Source of the DNA: Vicugna vicugna
Lineage: Eukaryota
DNA length: 64,000 bases
Direction of reading: 5' to 3'
NCBI GenBank assembly: GCA_013265495.1
Contig: MU057416.1
Span: forward strand, 676,545-740,544
Below, piece after piece: positions 52,742 through 64,000 of this stretch; within the stretch, counting starts at the first letter, position 1, and the number at the start of each line of letters is the position of its first letter. Under the pieces are notes generated by a model, which did no database searches, was not told the DNA's origin, and saw nothing but the letters and a program-made list of their open reading frames with translations. A program made the translations under genes and the position numbers.

Positions 52742-55700
52742 CTTTTTAACAGCTTTATCGAGATATAATTCACATACCATACAATTCACCTATTAAAAGT
52801 ATATGCCTATTCAGTGTTTTTTAGTATATTCACAGAGGTGTGCAGCTGTCGCCAGAATCTAATTTTAGAATATTTTTATCACCCCCAAAAGAAACCTGTA
52901 ATTATTAGCAGTCACTCCCATTCTGTCCCCCATCCTTGGGCAACCACTTATTAGTTTTTAGAGATCTGTCTACTCTGGACATTTTATATAATGAAATCAT
53001 ACAGTTTGTTGTCTTTAGTGACAGGCTTCTTATACTAGCATAATGATTTCAAGGTTCATCTGTATTGTAGTATGAGTTGGTACTTTGTTCCTTTTTATGG
53101 CTGAATAATATTCCACTGTGTATATGTGTATAGATATAGATATGTAATATTTCACTTTTCCATCAGTAAATTAATGAGCATTTGGGCTGTTCCATTTTTT
53201 GGCAATTATGAATAATAGTACTATATATACTCATGTATAAGATTTTTGTATGAATGTAGGTTTTCATTTCTCTTGAGTATATATACCTAGGAATGAAATT
53301 GCCGTAGTGACTATGTTTAACATTTTGAGAACTGCCAAACTATTTTCCAAGGCAGCTGCCCAATTTTACATTCCCACCAGGAATATGTAAGCATTTTTAT
53401 TTGTCCACATCTCCAACACACGCTATTGTCTACCTATTTGATTATAAATATCCAGATGGGTGTAGAATGGCATTTCCTTGTGCTTTTGGCTTGCATTTCC
53501 CTAATGACTAATGACGCTGAACATCTTTTCAGGTGCTTACTCTCCGTTTGTTTATCTTTTTAGAGACATGTCTATTCAGATCCTTTGTGCATTTTAAACT
53601 TGTGTTGTCTTTTTATTGTTGAGTTGTAAGAGTTCAAAATATATTCTAGTTAACAAGTCCCTTATAGATAAATGATTCACAGTTTTTTCCCCATTCTGTG
53701 GGTTTTCTGTATACCATTTTGGTGTTGTCACTATTATGATATTTTTTGTTGTATAACAGTTTTTAGTCTGATAAAATCCAGTTTATCTACTTTTTATTTG
53801 GTAGGTTTTGCTTTTAGTACTGTATTTAAGAAGCCATTACTTAACTCAAAGTCATAAAGATTTACTTCTGTGCTTTCTTCTAAGAGTTTTATAGTTTTAG
53901 TCAGTGTAAGCCTATGATCAATTCTGAGTTAGTTTTGTGTGTGGTGTATAGAATGGGTTCATCTTCATTCTTCTGCATGTGGCTATCCAGTAGTTCCAGC
54001 ACCATTTGTTGAAAAGATTATTTTCTCCCACTGAGTCATTTGACACCCTTGCTGAAAATCAATTGACCATAAAGATTGCAGTTTATTTCTGGACTCTCAA
54101 TTCTGTTTCATTGATCTGTATGTCAGTCTGTATGCCAGCACCACTCTGCCTTGATTATGCCAGCTTTGTAGAAAGTCCTGAAATCATGAAGTGTGGTCCT
54201 TACAATTTTGTTCTTCTTTTTACAGATCGTTTTGGCTAATCTAGGTCCTTTGAAATTTTATATGAATTTTAGAAATAGTTTGTAAATTTATGCCCCAAAA
54301 AAAGGAAGCTGAGATTTTGATTAAAATCGTGTTGAATCTGTAGACCAACTTAGTGAATATTGCCATCTTGACATCTTAAGTCCTCTGATCTCTGAACACA
54401 GGATGTTTTTCCATTCTTTTAGGTCTTTAGTAATTTCTTTCAAGAATGTTCTGTAGTTTTCTGAGTACAAATTTTGCACTTCTTTTGTTAAATTTATTCC
54501 TAACTGTTTTATTCTTTTTGATGCTGCTGGAATTTTCTTAATAAATCATTTCATATTGCTTATTGCTAATGTGTAGAAATACAATTGATTTTAATATATT
54601 GATTTTGTGTCCTGCAATGCTGCTGAACCTACGTATTAGTTCTAATAGTTTTTTAGTGAATTTCTTGTTTTCTGTATTCAAGATCACGCCGTCTGCAAAT
54701 GGAGGTGTAGTTTATTTCTTTCTTTCCAACCTGGGCCTTGTACTTTCCCTGCTAGCCTAACTGTCCTGGCTAGAACTTCCAGTAAGATATTGAATAGAAG
54801 CGGTGTGAGTGGACATCCTTGTTTTTGTTCCTGATCTTATGGGGAAAGCATGCAGTCTTCAACCATTAAATGTTAGCTGTCAGTTTTGCATAGATGACCA
54901 CTGTTACTTAGGGAAACTTCTCCTGGTTTCTGAAGTTTTTTTTTTAACCATGCAAGCATGTTGGATTTTTATCATTTTTTTTCTTGTGGTCTACTGACAT
55001 GATTATGTGGTTTTGTCCTTTATTAATATGGTATAATTAGTTTTCATATTTTAAATTAACCTGGGATAAATCCCACTTGGCCATGGTATATAATTTTCTT
55101 TTCTTCTTATATTGCTAGATTCAGTTTGCAAATTTTCATTGAGAATTTCTGTGTCAATAATCATAAGGGCTATTGATATGTAGTTTTATTTTCATGAGTT
55201 GTCTTTGTCTGGTTTTGGTGTCAGATTAATGTCGGCCTCAAAGAGTGAGTTTGGAAGTGCTCTCCCTTCTCCTGTTTTTCAGAGGAGCTATGAAGAATTG
55301 GTAATTTTTTTTTTAATGTTTTGTAGAATTACCTGTGAAGCCATCTGGAACTGGACTTTCTCTTACAGAAGTTTTCAAATTTCTAATTCAGTTTCTTTAC
55401 TAATTATAAATTTGCTTAAATGTTCCATTTCTTACCAAGTTCATTTAGTTTGTTAATATCTTGCTAGGATTTGGCCATTTCATCAAAATTATTTCATTTA
55501 TTGACATACAGTTGTTCACGGTTTTTCCTTGTAATCATACTAATTTTTGTGAAGGCAATAGTGATATCCACTCTTTCATTTCTGATTTTAGTAATTTGAG
55601 ATCTCTTTTTAGCATGGTCATGCTAGCTAATCATTTGTCAATTTGTTGATATTCTCAAATTAATGTCTTTTGATTTGGTCCATTTTCTCTATTGTTTTAA

Positions 55701-58620
55701 TCCACAATACTGTTGCAATACTGTTAAATTTGTTAACATTTGTTTTAAAGCTCAGCATGTGGTCCATCCTGAGTAATGTTTCATGTGTGCTTGAGAAGAA
55801 TGTCCATTCTGCAGGGTGGAATAGTCTATGTCTGTTAATTCTAATTGGTTTATAGTGTTTTTAAAGTCTTCTGTATTCTTACTGATGTCCTAAAGAGTTG
55901 TTCTATTTGTTATTGAAAATAGGTTTTAAAAGTCTCTAGTTGTTGTTTGTGTCTTTCACCCCTTAAGTTTGTCAAGTTTTGCTTTATGTATTTGGGAGCT
56001 CTGTTGTTAGATGCATATAATTGTGTGTATCTTCCTGATGGGTTGACCTTTTCCCCCATGATTAAATGTCCTTCTCTGTCTCTAGTAACATTTTCTTTGC
56101 TTTAAAGTCTATTCTGTTTGATATTAGTACAGGCACCCCAGTTCTTTTAGGGCTGCTATTTGCATAGTGTATAATTTTCCATTCTTGTACTTTCAACATA
56201 TTTTTATCTTTGAAACTAAAGCGTGCCTCCTGTAGACAGTGTACGGTTGGATCTTGTTTTTCATCCAGTCTCACAATCCCGGCTTTTGACTGGAATGTTG
56301 AGAACGTTCACACTCACTGTCATTATTGATGTGATTGGGCTTAAGTCTGCCACTTTACTTTTTGTCTTCCGATGCCTCATGTCTTTTTGTTGTCTGTTCC
56401 TCCTTTCCTGTTTCTTTTCACATTATGTGGGCATTTCCTGGTGTAACATTTTAATTCCTTTAATAGTTTTAACTTAAAATTTAATTTTCTTAGTGTTTGC
56501 TCCAGGGCTTAAAATGTACATCTTAATAGAATCCACTTCAGATTTATACTAACTTAATTAAGTGAAATACCAAAAATTTACTACTTCATTTTCTCCCCCC
56601 TCTTTTTTGGAGCAAGAGTATTATATATAATATGTTTATATAAATGCTATCAACCCAGCAATACAATGTTATCACTATTACTTTACATAACTTCATGTCT
56701 CCTAAAAAACTAAGAAAAGAAAGGAGAGCAAGTATATTTTTATAGAGTTTGTTGTATTAACCTTGCTTGCATTTCTTCCTGTTTGAGTTACCATCTGGTG
56801 TCACTTCCTCACTCCAATGCAGCTTTGCTCCACCGACCCCCTTTGTGCTGTTGTATCTTGTATTACACATACATTACATTTCTGTATGATAAAGACCCAA
56901 CAGTACAATTACGTAGAAATTGCTTCATGCATTTGCTTTAAAATCAGTGAAGAAGAGAAAAGAAATATGCCATTAAACTGTCTTTTCTAATTATATACCT
57001 ATCTTTACTAGTCTCTTTGTTTGGTCACATGGATTTGAAATGCTATCTAGGTCACTTGCTTTTTGCCTGAAGAATTTTCCTTGGTGTTTCTTATAAGACA
57101 GCCTGCTATCAATGCATTCTCTCAGCTGTTATTCATATGGGTATGTGTTTTGCCTTCATTTCTGAAAGATAGCTTTAGTGGATATAAGGTTCTTGGTAGG
57201 CAGCTTTTTTTTTCTTTCAACATGTTGAATAGCACTTGTCTTTTGGAAGCCATTGTTTCTGATGAAAATTCGGCTTTTAATCATATTGGGGTTCCCCTGT
57301 ATGTGGAGAGTCATTTTTCTTTTGCTGTGTTCAAGGTTTTTCTGTTTCTTTTTGGTTTTCAACATTTGATTGTGATGTGTCTGGGTATGGATCTTTGTGC
57401 TTTTATCTAAGTTTGTTGAGCAATTAAGATGTGTAGATTAATGCTCTTCATCAAATTTAGGAAATGTTCAGCCATTTAAAAAATACTCTTCTTTTTCTCT
57501 CCTTTCTTCCAGATACACCTATGATGCAAATGTTGGCATATATAATCTCAGAAGCTTTCTTCATTTTCCTTCATTCTTTTTGTCCTCTGTTCTTCAGATT
57601 GTATCTTTGTGTATTTCCAAGTTCACTGATTCTTTCTTCCACCAGCTCAAATCTATTCTTCATCCCCTCTTGTCAGTATTTCATTTTGATTGTTACACTT
57701 TTCAGTGCCAGACCTTCCACTTGCTTCTTTCTCATAATTTCTACCTCTCTTCAACAGTCCCCACTTGATGAGACTCTGTCATTCCTACCTCTTTTTAAAA
57801 TTCTTTAATCATAGTGTCCTTTAGTTTTTCTGACATGTTTGTAGCAGCTGCTTTGTAGTCTTAATCTTCTAAACCCACTGTCTAGGCCATTTCGAAGGCA
57901 GTTTCTGTTATCTAATTTTTCTTCTTGTGTATTGTTTAAACTTTCTTTGGGTACTTCATATTTTGGGGTAAAAAGTGGACATTTTAGATAATATATTGCA
58001 GCCAACTCTGGATGCTGACTTCCCCAGCACCGTGAGTTTTTGTTTGTTTTCTGGTGTGGTGATTCAGCTGGACCCGGTCAGTGAGGTCTGGCTCCCTCAC
58101 TTCGGGCGGCCTCTGGCATCGTTCCTCGGGGGGAGCTGGGGTGGGCACCGCCAGCCCCGGCTTCTGTCCCTCATGCCTGGAGTTGCGCTTTCACCCTGTG
58201 GGTGGGTTTGGGTGGAAGAAAGGAGCTCTCCACCTCGTCTGCCTGGAACAGGGCTTCTGCACCTCGGAGCTGCGGCGACGAGAATTCCGGGGCCTCGCCT
58301 CCCACGGGAGGAACGCGCTGCCCGAGGCTGGGTGCCAGGGGTGAAGCAGGCCGCCGCGCCCCGGCCCGCCCCGAGCCGCGCCCCCGGCGCGCGGCAGGCG
58401 GGAGGCGAGCGTGCGTGCTGCGTGCGTTCACAGCGGCGCTCAGACTCGTAGCTTCTCGTCAGGAAGTATTTCTCCGTTGGCTTATGTCCTCATGACAGCC
58501 TCTAGAGACTTTAAGTAGCTGGCTTTTAAAGTAACTTTCACCAGCTACGACTGTTTCGTCGGGCACAGAGGTCACAGAGAGCCTCGCCTGACCCACCGCA
58601 GAAGTCTCGCTGCCAGATGG
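52742..58620 (-). mobile_element. Near full-length old L1 (L1MB-like)
   Basis: 3' end ttttaacagctttat.gagatataattcacataccata; antisense ORF2 including endonuclease (QDPTVHCLQEARF..IDFKAK) and ORF1 (TKNLISTKAIFQK); GC-rich 5' region. Confidence 0.9.
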
Positions 58621-59057
58621 CTCTGCGGGTCTCTCTGGAAGCTGAGAAAATGTGTGAAGTTCCTAGCAGGGCAGAAAGGCGACACGGGGTGTGGCCAGCG
58701 TATGCTCCTTGGATCGCTCACCTCTGGCTCCTAACTTCCTTTCTGACAAGCAGGACGGGAAGAAACGCGAGCAGCCTGGGCGCGTCTTCCCGCACTTCGT
58801 GAGGAGGGGGCGCCGCCGCCCCGGCCGCGGGCGTCGTGCCGGGCGGACAGGCGGCGCCTTTCAGGCCGCCTGGATTGAAGGCGACGTACGCGGTGCTCAG
58901 TGTTTGGGTCAAAATGCGTTTAGATGTATCAGTGACTGAGGGAAACGTGTCACGTCAGTCTGCATAGTTTAGATTTCTTTCCCTAGTCTCCCAATACAGG
59001 AAAAAAAAAAAAAAATCCCTTGTCCCCAGCCCTCTGAGAGTTACTGAAATTTCATAC

Positions 59058-59191
59058 CACAGATACCATCTCTGGAGGTGTGAGAACCATTTCTGTGAGT
59101 TACACATGCTAATGTTGCCAAGAAACACTATCAGAAGTGCATAAAGCAATTTTACTACGTACATTAACCACTTCTGCCTCCATTAAGGTAG
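59058..59191 (-). pseudogene. Exon remnant, N-arm
   Basis: ctcctaacAG acceptor, GTATGA donor; LP*WRQKWLMYVVKLLYALLIVFLGNISMCNSQKWFSHLQRWYL (compare RNF213 TWLGALPVLHCC). Confidence 0.5.
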
Positions 59192-59269
59192 CTGTTAGGA
59201 GTACAACTCATACACGAACATGAGACAAGTCATAGTGCAGTTAACGCCAATTTTTTGTTTAAAAACAAT

Positions 59270-59800
59270 GGTACTTTCAGCTCCAACGTACAGAGAGCTT
59301 GGAAATTGTTATTCCAGATCTTACAGCAAGAAAAGATTTTAACAAATTGGAAGGAAAAAACCAAGAATTTTCTTGAGATTGCAGGGCAAACGAGCATGCA
59401 AAAATCCACAGAAGCAGGCAGATAACGGAGAAGCACAGCCGAGTTCAGCTCAGTTGCTGGAGCCCGAGGTTTAAAGGTGAATTGACAGTGAAATTGTAAT
59501 TTGGATGAATTGCTGGAGTCTGAGTGAGGACTTCCTTGAGAGTGAAAACTCCTCGGGGCTGTAATTTGGAGGGATTCCCAATACTTTTACAGATTTTACC
59601 TCCAGAAAAGACTATCAGGTATGAGGAACCAACAGAAATCTGTTCCTGTCTTTGGTAAGAAGATGAGAAAAGTAACCATTTTGAAGTATGACCAGTGCTA
59701 CTTCATAGCAAAGGTCCACTCTCGGATGAAAAGCTTCACCCAAGCCTTACCTCACTTCAGCAAGAAGGCGCCTTCAGCCCCTGTAGCCTTCCTGTCTCAC
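59270..59800 (+). mobile_element. Old L1 5' region fragment
   Basis: gtactttcagctccaac.tacagagagcttggaa.. resembles the L1M 5' starts also seen at ~41610. Confidence 0.5.
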
Positions 59801-59964
59801 TAAGGGTGGGTTGGAGGGGGCACAAAAGAGAAGAAAGCCCTGGGAAGGCCACAGCCCAGGGGCTTAACCATCAGAGGCTCCATGACTCACTTGCCCAAGG
59901 TCATGGAGCCACTTAATGGCAGAACTAAGGTGTGGAAGCTTTTTTAGCAGCAGCAAAGGGGTAC

Positions 59965-60322
59965 TCTTGAGACCTCCAGTAGAAACAACCAGGCTTAAAA
60001 CAGAACAAAAATATTTCAGGTTTTTAAAATAAAAATAAAATAAGTCCCATTTATCACTGTAAATAATAATAGCTCAAAAACACTGAGCTGTATTTTGAAA
60101 CACAGCAGCAAATATTTGTAGATTGGCAGAAGTCCCTGGAACCAAGTCTTCTGGAAAGAGTGGTTGATCAAACTATTTTTTATTTGGTCAGTGGCAAGAG
60201 GTGGCTATAAACTAGTACAACAAAGTTTCAAATGTGTGCTCTAAATGAGTTCAAAAGGAGTATGAATTCTAAAAATAAGTTAGGTTTCTAAAGTAATTGG
60301 TGTCTTTCCAGACTGCATCAAT
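59965..60322 (-). pseudogene. Exon remnant, N-arm helical module (3' end uncertain)
   Basis: cttttatatattctctAG acceptor; IDAVWKDTNYF..HLEHTFETLLY*..AIIIYSDKWDLFYFYFKNLKYFCSVLSL with several stops; donor not identified. Confidence 0.5.
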
Positions 60323-60804
60323 CTAGAGAATATATAAAAGTCATTGCAATGGAAACAAACTGTTCTCATCGGCTCAGCTCACATTTCAGAATTGCTACCC
60401 CCTAGACATTTCCAGCCCGTGTTCCGGTCCACTAGGATGGTGAGAAGATCCAAAGGATGTCTCAGATAGAGGCCGGGCAGGCCTCTAGCGACTTTCCCTT
60501 TGTCAAGCTCCGATCTGCCCCCCAGGGGTGGTTGCAAGGCTCCCAGGCCACTCCCTGCAGGGACCCAGGCCTGGCCCCGAGGAGGTGCCCCTCCACAGAG
60601 CAGCAGCTCCTTGCTCAGAGCCCTCCTAACGGTGGCGGTGTTCACAGGGCCACTGCTTCTCTTCAGGGCACTGGCTCAGGTCTGGAGTTGTGGGTGATGC
60701 ATAGAAGAGACAAAAAGGTCCACACTGAATCTGAGCGATCAGGCTTCGATCATCTCAGTATCTTTCCATCTGACCTCGGATCCAGCTGCATTTCTCTCTC
60801 TTAC

Positions 60805-61041
60805 AATGCATTTCTTCCCATGACAAGCTTAGTCCTTCCTACAAATACAGCTACAGCAGTCTCAGAGATGGGGCTGGTTATAGCTGTATTCTCGGCAGTT
60901 TGTATTTTCGGATCTGGAACCTCTTGATATATTAATACAGACAAAACAGTAAGACTACAAGTTATTGGATTTTTTTTCCAACGTGAAATGTGTGCTATTA
61001 TTTTCTGAACAGAAATATTTGTATTTAACATGTGCAAAAAC
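60805..61041 (-). pseudogene. Exon remnant, CBM20-like YKY strand
   Basis: ttcctttttgtttgtacAG acceptor, GTAAGA donor; VFAHVKYKYFCSENNSTHFTLE, then a frameshift in the A-run to NPITCSLTVLSVLIYQEV; resembles RNF213 IPYKYVIY..YE..NRCL. Confidence 0.7.
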
Positions 61042-61324
61042 CTGTACAAACAAAAAGGAAATAAAGTTTGTTTTGCTACAGACGTTTCTGACTTATCGGC
61101 ACATACCACAAAAAAAGAAGGAAAATTTTTTATTTCAGAACAGGGTAGAAACAACTCATTCAAAGTTCTGAAGATTGTCTTTGCAAAGCTTCTTATGAAT
61201 CACAAATTAATACCCTAGATTATAAATTTTCTCTCGTATCACTCTTTTCATTACTGACTGCTAAGCTCTCATCTCTTTAAATGAGATGCCTGCCCTCAGT
61301 CCTAGATTGGCCTGTAAAGTTTAC

Positions 61325-61488
61325 CTTTCTTAGGATATATTTATACTGTGACCTCAACCTCACTGTTTCAACGTTTGTTCCCTGTCATCTCTGCTGGCCA
61401 TGGATTCAAGATGGCTAATCGGTGTGAAAAAGCACTTAGATTCTTTCCATCTCTTAAATTCTGTGTTCCAGGACCTGAAGTAAATCAT
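61325..61488 (-). pseudogene. Exon remnant, CBM20-like domain
   Basis: ttttcttgatcgtAG acceptor, aag|GTAAAC donor; MIYFRSWNTEFKRWKESKCFFTPISHL resembles RNF213 [27 protein letters not shown]; 164 nt implies an indel. Confidence 0.7.
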
Positions 61489-61701
61489 CTACGATCAAGA
61501 AAAAAATGAAAATTTCATGTTGCTTTTTCAGGCTCATTTAGTTTACAGCATTTATTGAGCACCACCTATGGGACAGAATTCTTTCCCAGAAGATGCAGTA
61601 ACTTAGATTTAGAAATAAAAATTCACATATAGGTAAAATAATTGGAAGCACTGTATCACAGTAGGAAAAAACTTGTCTGTTGAAAAGTAATAATACCATA
61701 C

Positions 61702-61798
61702 ACAATTAGATGATGCAAATCATACGAAACTTTCCTGAACAGTTATGGTGGTGAAATAGAACATTGTTTTCATTTCGAAAGCCAAATCTTGCACATTT
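61702..61798 (-). pseudogene. Exon remnant, start of CBM20-like domain
   Basis: Acceptor decayed (ttttttgtttacAA), donor GTATGG; NVQDLAFEMKTMFYFTTITVQESFV*FASSNC resembles RNF213 VTVFFHAIISLHFPF. Confidence 0.55.
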
Positions 61799-61866
61799 TT
61801 GTAAACAAAAAATTTTTTTCAAAAGCTTTCTATTTTGAAATCTCATGGGAAATGAGTATGACTTAC

Positions 61867-62072
61867 ATCCCCTTTTCACTTTTATCTATAACTATTTGCT
61901 TAAAAACAGTTTCTCATTATGAATTTTTAAGGGTAGTGTAACGCCCTTAGTGCATATAGGAATAGAGTGGGTTAATAGTGTCTCGATTTCAGCATTGTGA
62001 GTAATGGGACTTTCTTTCACTTTATTGTTACTAAAGGAGCATCTGTTGCTTTAGCAATACTACTTTCCAAAC
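61867..62072 (-). pseudogene. Exon remnant upstream of the CBM20-like domain
   Basis: ttccag acceptor, GTAAGT donor; partial frames NNKVKESPITHNAEIETLLTHSIPICTKGVTL and QIVIDKSEKG; end phase 2 fits the next exon. Confidence 0.45.
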
Positions 62073-62149
62073 CTGGAACCAAATGTTTAGACTGAAGATG
62101 CGAAGGTCAATTTGTGACTCTCAACTTGAATGAGAAAAGGTAATCGCAC

Positions 62150-63270
62150 TGCCAAACTGAACAGAACCTCAGAGCTGTGTGGGGCTGCAGCAGAGACTGA
62201 ACATCTGTGTCATTAGGGTAGAGTCCCAGAAGGAAAGGAGAAAGAAAGGGGGACTGAAAACAGTACTTAAAAAAATAATGGCTGCAAATGTATCAAATTT
62301 ATCAAAAAATATAAACTACAGATTCAGGAAGCACAATGGAACCTACACAAGACAAACCCCTCAAGCTGTACCAAGACTCACCATAATATTACTTCTGAAA
62401 ACAAAAGAGAAAGAAAAAAATCTTGAAAGCAGCAAAAGAAACTATACCTTAGCTATAAGGTAAAAACAATTTGAATAACAGTAAATTTCTCATCAGAATT
62501 CATGAAGACCAGAAGAAAATGGTACATTTTTCAAGTGCTGAAAGAAAAATACTGTCAACCAGCATCCGGTATCCAGTGAAAATATCCTTTAGGAATGAAG
62601 AGAAATCAAGACATTCTCAGAAGGAAAACTAGCAGAATTTGTTGCCAGGAGTGCTGTGCTGAAAAATGAAAAATTTCTAAAGGAAGTTCTTGGAACAAAG
62701 ATTTTTTTTTTTAATCTTGAAACATCAGAGCAACAGAAAGAGTAAAAATATGGGAAAATGCAATAGATTTTCCTTCTTTTCTTAGTTTTCTAAATTATAT
62801 TTGATGTTTGAAGCAAAAATATGACACTGCCTGAAGTAATTTTCAACCTATGTAGAGAAGATGTTTAAGACAATCTTATTGTAGTCAGGAGAATTTAAAG
62901 GGGCCTAAGGGAGGTAAAGTTACTATACTTTACTTGAACTGGGTAAGATATCAACACTAACAAGCAGAATGTGATAAACTGCATATATGTACTGTAATAT
63001 ATCCAGAACAATCACTTTAAAAAATCCATACAAAGAGATACACTCTTAAAAGCCACAATAAGTAAATCAAAATGGAAGTCTAAAAATTGTCCAAGTAATC
63101 CATAGGAAACAAAAAATAGAGAAGTGCAAAACAGAGGGAACAAACAGCAAACAAGAAACTAAAATGTCAGGCTTAATCCCTAACAGATGAATAATTACAT
63201 CAAACGTAAATGTAATCACATTACACCAACTCAAAGACAGAGATCTACCCAGTGGATTACTATTGATACA
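62150..63270 (+). mobile_element. Old L1 ORF1 / inter-ORF / ORF2 start fragment
   Basis: ORF1-like NICVIRVESQKE..LKKIMAANVSNL..LLKTKEKEKNLESS; ends at the endonuclease start (aacgtaaat..caactcaaagacagagat). Confidence 0.8.
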
Positions 63271-63598
63271 AAAAGCACTTGATGAATTTCGAGGGCATTA
63301 TGCACCTCCACAGAACGCCAGTGAAGGCAGCTGTCAAGGTGCCTTAACCACCTGTCCCAGGAAAGAGCGGCCTTGGCAGTGTCATCATGGTTGTCACAGG
63401 GACACCCACTGTGGTAGTAGTGGTGAAGAACAGAACTCAAGTGGCCTCCGAAGTGGCAGACACCAGCAAGGGGACAGGGAAAAACAATAAAAATGAGTGC
63501 ACATAACTGAGACCCTCATGGTTTTCCACATAATGACGGGCGGATTCGGCTTTAAGTTAATGAAGCACAAAGAATGCTATGATGAGATGATATTTTAC

Positions 63599-63759
63599 AT
63601 TTTATTAGCATTATTTTTCACTTTCCTCCATCAAAGTTTTTAGCAGAGGGGAAGGTGGAGAAGAAAAGTTCCCAGATAAGCACACACATGGAGTATGAAA
63701 AAAATTATGCAAAAAGTAAGACACAGTTTCAGGAGGTGTTAGCTTGGAGATAGCACCGT
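63599..63759 (-). pseudogene. Possible upstream exon remnant of the RNF213-like pseudogene
   Basis: cctacag acceptor; reads GAISKLTPPETVSYFLHNFFHTPCVCLSGNFSSPPSPLLKTLMEESEK* with a gtaaaa donor; no recognisable homology. Confidence 0.2.
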
Positions 63760-64000
63760 CTGTAGGCTAGCATGTATGTTACGAGTAATAAGTTGATAAT
63801 GTGAATCAGCAAGTTAGTTAAAATAAACGGAGGCTTTAGTTCAGCACAATAATAAGCTTCAGAGGACTCCTTGTAATCTGATGTGATTAGACTCCTGGTC
63901 AACATGAAATGGTAGGCGTGTAACCTAATTCAAACAGGCATAATTAATGTAGGTGAAACACTGTAGTAGCCCAATTAAAGAAATTATGAGTTTGCAGTTG

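Larger units (their letters stand above)
239..62072 (-). pseudogene. Unprocessed multi-exon pseudogene of a divergent RNF213 (mysterin)-like AAA+/E3 ligase paralog; 5' part (CBM20-like domain to second AAA module), continuing beyond the left edge
   Basis: About 30 AG..GT-bounded minus-strand segments, many with compatible intron phases. Translations match RNF213 motifs colinearly (by eye, from memory): MFYFTTI/IYFRSWNTEFKRW/VKYKYF, ENLAFWHSLVCHYF, REYCLHHLGESLQSRLI, SGNAIF, WFVTENWGPSLFLSLY, LPIALGF..LPSWKFV, GRVYLVL, GKLYY, CWQR..IYL. Multiple in-frame stops and frameshifts. Confidence 0.8.

Noticed and set aside
57975..58495. 158 aa and 97 aa plus-strand ORFs
   Set aside because: GC-rich L1 5' region; low-complexity translation.
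60379..60927. 156 aa plus-strand ORF
   Set aside because: Antisense to a pseudo-exon and its intron; no recognisable protein features.
239..62072. Calling the locus RNF213 itself or an intact CDS
   Set aside because: Identity to RNF213 is far below that expected of a mammalian ortholog, and stops, frameshifts and decayed splice sites are pervasive.
1..64000. CRISPR arrays, rRNA/tRNA genes, prokaryotic systems
   Set aside because: Mammalian repeat-rich DNA; no regularly spaced repeats or structural RNA genes recognised.

Overview
Mammalian (cetartiodactyl, probably camelid, judged from the L1-tail repeat family and the absence of Bov-A/CHR/PRE SINEs) genomic DNA. Roughly half is old and young LINE-1 plus L2, MIR, MER, LTR and Tigger remnants. 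No intact protein-coding gene is supported. The main result is about 30 splice-site-bounded exon remnants on the minus strand, spread between the repeats from ~62 kb down to ~0.2 kb. Their translations follow the domain order of the giant immune E3 ligase/AAA+ ATPase RNF213 (mysterin): CBM20-like N-terminal domain, helical N-arm (apparently expanded), linker, then the first two AAA modules. The gene runs off the left edge. Nearly all exons carry stops, frameshifts or decayed splice sites, and identity to RNF213 is low. I interpret this as an anciently inactivated, intron-containing, highly divergent RNF213 paralog rather than RNF213 itself. All RNF213 comparisons were made by eye against the human sequence recalled from memory; no database search was run. 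Repeat boundaries and subfamily names are approximate.
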